Source of the DNA: Candidatus Thorarchaeota archaeon
Lineage (GTDB): Archaea > Asgardarchaeota > Thorarchaeia > Thorarchaeales > Thorarchaeaceae
Length of the DNA stretch: 14,576 nucleotides
Assembly: GCA_038893995.1 (NCBI GenBank)
Contig: JAWAQK010000055.1
Coordinates: 1-14,576, forward strand
Direction of reading: 5' to 3'
In this document: in pieces, positions 7,728 to 14,387 of the stretch
How the letters are laid out: each line of letters begins with the position of its first letter
How positions within the stretch are numbered: the stretch's first letter is position 1
Program-made: the position numbers and the translations under genes
The notes under the pieces: generated by a model
Database searches by the model: none
What the model was told of the DNA's origin: nothing
What the model saw: the letters and a program-made list of their open reading frames with translations, nothing else

Positions 7728-8270
7728 CTAAACACCTCCCCTTGAGATCCGCCCTGCCCTAGACTGTATGAGAATTCTCTTCACATGCTCAACCGAGAGA
7801 CCGGGCACAGAGGGCTCAAGCCCAAGATCTTCTCTCTCCCAGTCTGCAGTCACTGTATACAGCTGACCCTTCTCGACAAGCTCTCGTGCAAGCTGTGCAA
7901 CATTCTCAGGTATGAACCCGGCCTCTGCAGCGAGGTTCTTGCAATCGAAGAGTATGTCTGTGATACGAACTTTCTGAGGGCATCTCTCCTGGCATTGGAA
8001 GCAGGTCAGACACTCCCAGATCTCTCTTGAAGAGAGTACCTCGTTTCTCATTCCAAGTATTATCATTCGGATAAGCTGATGAGGCTTGTAGAGCCACTGG
8101 TTGGCAATGGGACAGGCTGCTGTGCACGTCGAGCATGCAAAACATGCACTCAGTTCTTCGCCGTTAGGCATGTTACGTATTTGATCACGGAAATCGGGAT
8201 CCAACTGCGACATGTCAATCGGTTCAACCAACGTCTGTGGAGGCGTCGGTTTCTCGGCGGTCTCGGTCAT
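7728..8270 (-). CDS. hdrC: Heterodisulfide reductase subunit C (2x[4Fe-4S])
   Basis: CFACSTCTAACP and IWECLTCFQCQERCP motifs, PHQLIRMIILG; 180 aa, directly upstream of hdrB. Confidence 0.95.
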   Translation of the reverse strand: MTETAEKPTPPQTLVEPIDMSQLDPDFRDQIRNMPNGEELSACFACSTCTAACPIANQWLYKPHQLIRMIILGMRNEVLSSREIWECLTCFQCQERCPQKVRITDILFDCKNLAAEAGFIPENVAQLARELVEKGQLYTVTADWEREDLGLEPSVPGLSVEHVKRILIQSRAGRISRGGV

Positions 8271-8327
8271 TCAACTGGCACCACTGGGATTTACACGGTT
8301 ATACAATCCTGTGCGGGAATCTCGCCC

Positions 8328-8343
8328 ATATTAAAAGCTTGCA
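8328..8343 (-). promoter_or_regulatory. Putative archaeal BRE/TATA promoter of the hdr operon
   Basis: Minus strand TGCAAGC-TTTTAATAT about 58 nt upstream of the hdrC ATG, in a GC-rich background. Confidence 0.55.
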
Positions 8344-8488
8344 GAATGAGCTGACTTCGGTACTGCGGCATGTCGGAGTCTTGATTCAGAGAAGATGGCT
8401 GTTGACTAGCTGGAACAGTCATTGGAGCCCTGTGCAAGGGTCTTCAGAACTTCAGAGAGACCAGAGTGCCCGAGTTGCAAGGCGTCAC

Positions 8489-8496
8489 TTTTAAAG
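8489..8496 (+). promoter_or_regulatory. Putative TATA box of the Lsm/SmAP3 gene
   Basis: TTTTAAAG about 47 nt upstream of GTG 8543; SD GAAGGTGA at 8530-8537. Confidence 0.5.
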
Positions 8497-8542
8497 CGGA
8501 TGCGACGCCAACGGACTATAATCCAAGTTGAAGGTGAGACTT

Positions 8543-8980
8543 GTGTCAGACGCAACGGCCATGAGGGCCTTTAACAGAGAGCTTGCATCCGTCGTAGGTA
8601 GCACGGTCGTGGTCAGCACAACTGCGGGAAAGACGTATACAGGTACGGTAAAGGGGATAGATCAGAGCACTCTGAGCATTGTCCTTTCCGATGTCACCTG
8701 TCTTGAGGACGACTCCAAGTTCCCAAGGATATTCATATACGGGCATAGCATTGTGTCGTTCTCTCTCTCTGAGAAGGAAGTGAGTCTAGAAGGGCTTGCA
8801 AAAGAACTTGAGAAGACATTTCCGCCAGGAGGAGTCCGCTACTTCCCAGATGTGCAGGCCATTGTGGTCATGAACAAGATACGAATAACGCCTCAGGGAA
8901 TTGACGGCTCAGGTCCGCTCTATGAACGTGTTGCTGAGATAGCCAAGAAGTGGATGGAGGAGCACGGCATCACATTTTGA
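8543..8980 (+). CDS. Lsm/Sm-like RNA-binding protein with C-terminal extension (SmAP3 type, Lsm + Lsm_C)
   Basis: Sm1-like FNRELASVVGSTVVVSTTAGKTYTGTVKGID..LSIVLSD, Sm2-like IFIYGHSIVSF, and C-domain LAKELEKTFP...GIDGSGPLYERV typical of ~145-aa SmAP3. Start set at GTG 8543 by SD spacing (ORF track uses TTG 8528). Confidence 0.88.
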   Translation: MSDATAMRAFNRELASVVGSTVVVSTTAGKTYTGTVKGIDQSTLSIVLSDVTCLEDDSKFPRIFIYGHSIVSFSLSEKEVSLEGLAKELEKTFPPGGVRYFPDVQAIVVMNKIRITPQGIDGSGPLYERVAEIAKKWMEEHGITF

Positions 8981-9038
8981 ATGCCCGAGAGGATGGGTTC
9001 AATGCTCCGCCCAGAGCTGACACGGTCATGTCTCTCGA

Positions 9039-10304
9039 TCACAATAGGCGTTTGAGGCCCAGTTCGTCGAGGCTGTATTTCTCAGCCTTAGAGCGTGCAG
9101 TGCTACGACTAGGCACCAACCTGTCAACGGGTTTCAATCGGTCTTCCCAAGAGCCCCCGGTACTGACAGGGAACTTTCCGACAGGTCGAACATCAACCGA
9201 CCGTCTTGTTTCGACTTGACCTATGGGACCTGAGAGCAGACCCAGCTCTGCCAGCCGTTTCTGACCTATCGTTGAAACTACGGTATCTTCCTTTACTCTC
9301 GGGAGCAGCTGTGGACTCCTGACGCCTGTCAGAATCAGCATGACCCGGATGGTACCAGTCAGTCGCGGATCGATTCGTGCACCCCAGATCACCTGTGCAT
9401 CGGAGCTCAGTCGTTTCGAGATCAGTTCCCCAATCTGATTCGCCTCTGACAGTGACATATCAGGACCACCTGTGATGTGAATCAGCGAACCGGTTGCGCC
9501 TCCCCACTCTACTTCTAACAACGGGCTGTTCAGTGCGTTGTCTATGGCCTCTTGGACTCGGTTCGTCCCAGTGGCTTCTCCAAGCCCAACCAGTGCCACG
9601 CCGCCATTGCAGATGATTGACCTTACATCTGCATAGTCCAGATTTATGAGACTGGGCATAGTGATGGTCTCGGTAATACCTTTCACCATGGCGGCGAGGA
9701 CCTCATCCGCAACCCCAAAGGCTTCTTCAAGAGGGAGGTCCGGTACCAGTTCGAGAAGTTTCTGGTTATCAATGACCACGACCGTGTCCGCATTCTCCTG
9801 TAGCTTCGCGAGACCTACTTTTGCCTTGTCGATGCGTGCCCTCTCTAGTGCGAAGGGCATCGTGACAACTCCGACGACAATCGCATCATTACGTTTTGCA
9901 ATCTCTGCAACCACCGGGGCACTGCCTGTTCCAGTGCCACCACCCATACCGCATGCAATGAAGACAAGGTCAGCATCACGCAGTAGCTCAGCAATCTGGG
10001 GTGCTGACTCCTCGGCTGCAGCCTGTCCCACATGAGGATATCCCCCTGCACCCAGTCCTCGCGTAATTGTTTCTCCGATGAGGAGTTTTCGGTGAGCTGT
10101 CGTTACTGCCAGATGTTGCCGATCTGTGTTTATTGCGATGCACTCGGCTCCTTGGACACCTATTGTCATCAGCCGCTTGATTGTATTGTTTCCCGCACCT
10201 CCGCATCCAACAACGACGATTCGGGCCTGACCTAGATCGCGTCCCGATGTTGTACCTTGCTCGACTCTCTCATGCTCCCTGGCAGCGTCAATAAATGTCT
10301 TCAA
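9039..10304 (-). CDS. ftsZ: Cell division protein FtsZ (archaeal FtsZ2-type) with long C-terminal tail
   Basis: [15 protein letters not shown] (FtsZ2-like TDxQHL), GLGAGG, tubulin signature GGGTGTG, T7 loop [11 protein letters not shown] start with a GAGGAGG SD inside the upstream gene. Confidence 0.98.
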   Translation of the reverse strand: MKTFIDAAREHERVEQGTTSGRDLGQARIVVVGCGGAGNNTIKRLMTIGVQGAECIAINTDRQHLAVTTAHRKLLIGETITRGLGAGGYPHVGQAAAEESAPQIAELLRDADLVFIACGMGGGTGTGSAPVVAEIAKRNDAIVVGVVTMPFALERARIDKAKVGLAKLQENADTVVVIDNQKLLELVPDLPLEEAFGVADEVLAAMVKGITETITMPSLINLDYADVRSIICNGGVALVGLGEATGTNRVQEAIDNALNSPLLEVEWGGATGSLIHITGGPDMSLSEANQIGELISKRLSSDAQVIWGARIDPRLTGTIRVMLILTGVRSPQLLPRVKEDTVVSTIGQKRLAELGLLSGPIGQVETRRSVDVRPVGKFPVSTGGSWEDRLKPVDRLVPSRSTARSKAEKYSLDELGLKRLL

Positions 10305-10310
10305 ACAGAT

Positions 10311-10484
10311 CTATTCCTCCTCGAGGTTGACATTCAGGAACAGCTTCTCCCAAAGCTCTCGTTTCAACAGATCTCTTATTGCGATCCTGATTGTTTCCGA
10401 GCGAGTTGGGTAGGTACCTCTGCTTACAAGTTGGTCTATGTCGTTGACTATCTTCTCTGGGAGATGTACTGCAATTAGGCGCAT
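10311..10484 (-). CDS. cdrS: Ribbon-helix-helix (CopG/Arc/MetJ) regulator, CdrS-like, 57 aa (below ORF-track cutoff)
   Basis: Manual translation MRLIAVHLPEKIVNDIDQLVSRGTYPTRSETIRIAIRDLLKRELWEKLFLNVNLEEE*. Contains the RHH motif (LV..G.YP.RSE.IR.AIRDLL) and lies 6 nt upstream of ftsZ, as in the conserved archaeal cdrS-ftsZ2 locus. Confidence 0.9.
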   Translation of the reverse strand: MRLIAVHLPEKIVNDIDQLVSRGTYPTRSETIRIAIRDLLKRELWEKLFLNVNLEEE

Positions 10485-10569
10485 TGTCTGTCCTCTAGTC
10501 GAAGGAGGAGGTACGGACTTTTGAATGTCGATATTACCAGCGCATGCCGGTCAGGAAGAGAGGACGCGG

Positions 10570-10601
10570 GAGCTGTAGGGAGCATAATGCTCCCCCAGCT
10601 C
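10570..10601 (-). terminator. GC-rich stem-loop immediately after the rpl2 stop (putative terminator/processing hairpin)
   Basis: Minus strand GAGCTG-G-GGGAGCA-TTA-TGCTCCC-TA-CAGCTC (13 Watson-Crick pairs), followed by pyrimidine-rich TCCTCTCTTCCT. Confidence 0.6.
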
Positions 10602-10603
10602 GG

Positions 10604-11323
10604 CTACCTTCGACGCCCTGTTCTTCTGGCTGCAATGTTACCGACCTTACGGCCAGGTGGAGCATTTCGACTGATGGTAGATGGTTTGCTCGGCGACTGA
10701 TGAGAGCCGCCTCCATGCGGATGCGAGGCTGCGTTCATCGCACTACCACGGACAACGGGCCACTTGCGAGCCTTCATCTTGGTGTGATGGTAGACTTTGC
10801 CCGCCTTCAGGAAGGGTTTCTCAGGCCTGCCACCGCCCGCAACTACGCCAATGGTAGCCCTACAACGTGGACTGAACTCCTTGTGGGCACCACTCGGCAA
10901 CTTCACGACGGCCCTGGTCTTGTCGACTGAAACGATCGTAGCATACAGTCCCGATGACCGTACGAACTTCCCTCCATCCCCAGGGCTGCCCTCGATGTTG
11001 TATATCGGCACACCCTCGGGAATGTGTTCAAGCATCAGAGTGTTGCCAGTGAAAACTAGGGCATTCTCACCGCACTCGATCCTGCTGCCCACCTGGATTC
11101 CCTCTGGGGCCACCATGAAGTGGGTTCCAGACTCACCCTCGTACTTGACCTCTGCGAGAGGTGCACCCCTTCCCGTTTCATGGTGCAGGCCAACTACCTC
11201 ACCAACATACGTCTTGCCGGGAGCCCACTTGGGATGTTTGGCGGGTGCAATCCTTCGATGACCAACATTCTGCCACTGGGAGGTTCCTCTTCCCTTACGC
11301 TGAACAAGTAGTGACTTTCCCAT
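10604..11323 (-). CDS. rpl2: 50S ribosomal protein uL2
   Basis: MGKSLLVQRKGRG, GDGGKFVRSSG, CRATIGVVAGGGR, WPVVRGSAMNAASHPHGGG, PPGRKVGNIAARRTGRR. Confidence 0.99.
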   Translation of the reverse strand: MGKSLLVQRKGRGTSQWQNVGHRRIAPAKHPKWAPGKTYVGEVVGLHHETGRGAPLAEVKYEGESGTHFMVAPEGIQVGSRIECGENALVFTGNTLMLEHIPEGVPIYNIEGSPGDGGKFVRSSGLYATIVSVDKTRAVVKLPSGAHKEFSPRCRATIGVVAGGGRPEKPFLKAGKVYHHTKMKARKWPVVRGSAMNAASHPHGGGSHQSPSKPSTISRNAPPGRKVGNIAARRTGRRR

Positions 11324-11336
11324 TCACTGCACCTCC

Positions 11337-11600
11337 TTAGAATATTCCCAGCTTTGTGGCGACTTCTGAGGCGCTGTACTCAGGGGCAAGTCGCACGAAT
11401 GCCTTCTTTCGTCCATCTGGCATCACGAGGGTATTGACCTTTTCAACAACTACGTCGTACAGGCTCTCAACCGCCCACTTGATCTCGTTCTTGTTGGCGT
11501 TTCGAGCAACGTAGAACGTCAGCCTGTTCTGCGTTTCGACTGCCTCCAGACTGGCCTCTGTGACTACGGGCATGACTATCACCTCGTTCGGATTCCTCAT
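11337..11600 (-). CDS. rpl23: 50S ribosomal protein uL23
   Basis: PVVTEAS...NRLTFYV...ANKNEIKWAVE...VEKVNTL...GRKKAFVRL. Start set to ATG 11600 (GGAGGTG SD, ATGA overlap with the rpl4 stop), 87 aa. Confidence 0.98.
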   Translation of the reverse strand: MRNPNEVIVMPVVTEASLEAVETQNRLTFYVARNANKNEIKWAVESLYDVVVEKVNTLVMPDGRKKAFVRLAPEYSASEVATKLGIF

Positions 11601-12400
11601 CTTGAAACACCTCCCATGAAGAGAAGGTCCTTGCCAAGTCGTTCCATCGCGGACTTGGTCCACACAGCCAGTCTTCCGGGATGTGTGCCAGGGGCCAGTA
11701 GTTCAGCATTCAGGGCGTGCACTTCGGTGACATCAACACCGGGGATGTTACGTGCTGCCAGACCGATGCCACGGTCCTTCTCGACGACTATGAGCACGGA
11801 CTTGGGGACCTTGAGCCCGCGTCCACGCACCTTTCCCTTTCCAGCCCTAATGGATCTACCATTCCGGGCACGCTCCAGATCCGGACCAAGTCCGAGGGCG
11901 GAAGCAATCTCCTCTAGCTTACTGGTTGTTTCGACGGTTTCCAGCTCGTCCGAAACAACAAGAGGAAGCTGGGGAACCTTGTCAATCTTATGGCCACGTG
12001 CACTGACCAGTTCCCTGTTTGCAGTAGCAGCGATTGCAGAGCATATTGCAAGGCGTCGTTCCTTCCGGTTTATCCTCTCCAGAAGGACCTTTCGCGCCTC
12101 TGGGGGATGTGCTTCTCGACCACCCACTGTGCCCGGTGCAAACCCACCTCTGTTTGCGGCTCTGGTACCAGATCCCTTTATTCGTGGTATCCTCGACCGA
12201 CCGTGTCCAGTCTGCCAGCTCTCTGCAGTGTTGCGCTTGCCTGCAAGCTCGTCCACGCCATGAGGCTGGTATCTTGCAGAGCGAAGTGCCAGTACTGCTC
12301 TCTTGATCACATCAGGACGAAACGGCGTACTGAACTGTGGTGGAAGTTCAATGGATGGACCCACCTTCCCATTCAAAGAGTATGTCTTGACGTTGACCAT
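11597..12400 (-). CDS. rpl4: 50S ribosomal protein uL4
   Basis: FRPDVIKRAV, AESWQTGHGRSRIPR, ERINRKERRLAICSAIAAT, RAGKGKVRGR, LLAPGTHPGRLAVWT. Confidence 0.99.
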   Translation of the reverse strand: MVNVKTYSLNGKVGPSIELPPQFSTPFRPDVIKRAVLALRSARYQPHGVDELAGKRNTAESWQTGHGRSRIPRIKGSGTRAANRGGFAPGTVGGREAHPPEARKVLLERINRKERRLAICSAIAATANRELVSARGHKIDKVPQLPLVVSDELETVETTSKLEEIASALGLGPDLERARNGRSIRAGKGKVRGRGLKVPKSVLIVVEKDRGIGLAARNIPGVDVTEVHALNAELLAPGTHPGRLAVWTKSAMERLGKDLLFMGGVSR

Positions 12401-12412
12401 CGCTCGTATCCC

Positions 12413-13420
12413 CTATTGTTTCGATGAAGTGCTGATGTAGCTCACCTGTGGAGCTAGTTCAGTCAAGTGTCGTCCAGGTCTGATGGCAAGCCTTAGCCGG
12501 ACTGGTCTCTTGACAGCGCCTGGTACCGATCCCTTGAGCATGACGTAGTCGCCACGTACCACACCGTAGTTGACGAAACCCCCACGTGGGGTAATCTCCT
12601 CACCACGTTCACCAATCTTGAGAACCTTGCAGTTGAACACCGTTCTGGTGTGAAAACCGGTCTGGCCGGCTCTTGGAACCGTGTACCGGATGTTTGTAGG
12701 AGTCCATGCACCCAGACACCCGACACCACGCTTGGTCTTTCGGGCCTTGTGTTGAAGAACACTCACGCCCCATCGACGGACAGGACCCTGAATCCCGTGA
12801 CCCTTTGTGACTGCGACGACGTCAACCATCATGCCCTCGTTCAGGACATCCGCAACCCGGAGATCCTTGCCCAGTATGCTCTTTGCATACTCGAAGGCCG
12901 CGGCGACGTTGGGGCCTCCTACCTTGTACTCGGTGATGTCTGGTTTCTTCTTAGGTACCGCGGCAAGGCGCGGCTGAGTATGGACCAGCATCCGGATCTG
13001 AGAGAAGGTTCCTAGCCTTGCTTCAAATTCCTTCAGCTTGGCTGCATGATCGTAATCCTTAGGCAACTGCAACGTACTACGGAGGTCTTCGGAGAGAGTT
13101 TCAGCAAGAACCTCTGTTGCGAGTCTTAACCCGTAAGGCGTTGATTCGTAGCCTCTTATTGAGAACGGACGAAGAGGGGGTACGTCGATGACCGTTACTG
13201 GAATCACAGTTTCCTGACCCTTGAATGGACTCCGTGGATTGTCCACCGCAGCCACCACATGGGTCATTCCTGCCTTGTACCCAACAAAACCCATTAGTTT
13301 TGCAGCCGAGCCACCATACTCAGGCCAGTTCCTTATCCTTGGTACAAACTTGGAAGCTCTGCCTCGCGGTAAGTAGGCCAGACTTCCGTGCTTAGGTGCA
13401 TACTTCTTTCTGTGTGCCAT
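12413..13420 (-). CDS. rpl3: 50S ribosomal protein uL3
   Basis: PKHGSLAYLPRGRA, GYKAGMTH, VDVVAVTKGHGIQGPVRRWG, VPRAGQTGFHTRT, LKGSVPGAVKRPVRLR. Start at ATG 13420 (GTGGTG SD upstream), 335 aa. Confidence 0.99.
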   Translation of the reverse strand: MAHRKKYAPKHGSLAYLPRGRASKFVPRIRNWPEYGGSAAKLMGFVGYKAGMTHVVAAVDNPRSPFKGQETVIPVTVIDVPPLRPFSIRGYESTPYGLRLATEVLAETLSEDLRSTLQLPKDYDHAAKLKEFEARLGTFSQIRMLVHTQPRLAAVPKKKPDITEYKVGGPNVAAAFEYAKSILGKDLRVADVLNEGMMVDVVAVTKGHGIQGPVRRWGVSVLQHKARKTKRGVGCLGAWTPTNIRYTVPRAGQTGFHTRTVFNCKVLKIGERGEEITPRGGFVNYGVVRGDYVMLKGSVPGAVKRPVRLRLAIRPGRHLTELAPQVSYISTSSKQ

Positions 13421-13438
13421 TGGAAACACCACTTGTTT

Positions 13439-13472
13439 GTACCGAATGGCCTGTGGACTGGGCTATTCGTAC
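13439..13472 (-). promoter_or_regulatory. Stem-loop in the predicted rpl3 5' leader (candidate ribosomal-protein leader)
   Basis: mRNA GUAC-GAAU-A-GCC[CAGUCCACA]GGC-C-AUUC-G-GUAC: 11 pairs with one bulge and one mismatch, between the TATA box and the SD. Confidence 0.45.
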
Positions 13473-13497
13473 TGGAACGTCGCAACTCTTGCCACCG

Positions 13498-13510
13498 CTT
13501 TTTAAGCTTC
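13498..13510 (-). promoter_or_regulatory. Putative BRE/TATA promoter of the rpl3 operon
   Basis: Minus strand GAAGC-TTAAAAAG about 78 nt upstream of the rpl3 ATG. Confidence 0.6.
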
Positions 13511-13526
13511 CCATTCAGCAGTCGAG

Positions 13527-14378
13527 TTATGTCACCGGATGCTCATAGAAGCCCCGTCTGGTCACCTGACGGCCGAATGATGAGTTGAATAGTGCCAGAC
13601 TGATTGTGATGGCCTCCTCGAGTCGGACAGTTTCAGTACCCTGCCCCTCTACCGTGTTGATCCAGATATCGAGAACTGAACGCAGCTCGTCGAACTTTCG
13701 CTCAAAAATCTCACCCACACCTTTGTCAGGTCCACCAAACACCATCACAATACCTCTGGACACAACCTCCCTCAGATACGCTTCAGACTCGCGGAAGGGC
13801 CTACCCCTTCTTGAGAGAGCAATCCGAACAGCAGAAGTTTCTTGCAGGCGGCCTATGAGATCATGCTCAGTTTCAACCTCGTAGCCCAGATAGACATCTT
13901 GTTCCGAATAGTCTACCTCGGACAGCCTGGTCTCAGGAGCAGTTGACACGACCCTAAAGAGAGTGGGTCTCTGGTCGCTGACAGGACGATCGTATGGTAC
14001 TGGATCTGCTAGGCCTATGTCAACACTCCCGCGTCCAGCTGGAAGACCCCAACGGAGGTCTCCGTTGGAGAGTGCCTCACTGGCCAGGGGATGACCACGT
14101 GTCCTCAGCGGAGGAATCAGACCCGCATACCTCAATACGTCAGTCACTGGATAGAGCCTCTTTCGAAGATATTGTGGTGTGTTGGCATATTCGAGAATCA
14201 GGGTCAGTAGATCCGAATCGCGAGAACGCTTCGACTGAGTGGGGCCCGTCTGGTATACCACAATTCGATCGACCTTGAACACTGATGCAGCACGTGCTAT
14301 TGTACCGGCACGGACCGTCTTCTCTCGCAGATCTCTGCAATTTGTGAGTGAGGTATCGGGAATACACATCTCCAGCAA
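13527..14378 (-). CDS. SPOUT-family RNA methyltransferase (MTH1/C9orf114-like, DUF171)
   Basis: IPDT....DLREKT..AG.IARAASVFKVDRIVVY, LEYANTPQYLRK, AGLIPPLR, VFGGP, INTVEGQGTETVRLEEAI. This family commonly sits upstream of rpl3 in archaea. TTG start with GAGGGA SD. Confidence 0.93.
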   Translation of the reverse strand: MLEMCIPDTSLTNCRDLREKTVRAGTIARAASVFKVDRIVVYQTGPTQSKRSRDSDLLTLILEYANTPQYLRKRLYPVTDVLRYAGLIPPLRTRGHPLASEALSNGDLRWGLPAGRGSVDIGLADPVPYDRPVSDQRPTLFRVVSTAPETRLSEVDYSEQDVYLGYEVETEHDLIGRLQETSAVRIALSRRGRPFRESEAYLREVVSRGIVMVFGGPDKGVGEIFERKFDELRSVLDIWINTVEGQGTETVRLEEAITISLALFNSSFGRQVTRRGFYEHPVT

Positions 14379-14387
14379 GCGGATCCC

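Noticed and set aside
3433-8270. Selenocysteine recoding in HdrA/MvhD (known Sec positions in some archaea) and a SECIS element
   Set aside because: No in-frame TGA in any Hdr/MvhD ORF; the relevant positions are Cys codons, and none of the hairpins shows a recognisable SECIS core.
8237-8494. 85-aa + strand ORF spanning the divergent intergenic region
   Set aside because: Overlaps the hdrC start and both promoters; no SD and no recognisable motif.
10502-10700. + strand AAGGAGGAGGT looks like a perfect SD ahead of short + ORFs (TTG 10521, ATG 10525)
   Set aside because: The resulting peptides are short, motif-less and run antisense into the hairpin/rpl2; better explained as a minus-strand anti-SD or chance.
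11616-12263. 215-aa + strand ORF and other long antisense ORFs over rpl2/rpl3/rpl4/ftsZ/hdr genes
   Set aside because: Antisense mirrors of well-conserved genes, S/R/P-rich, expected at this GC content.
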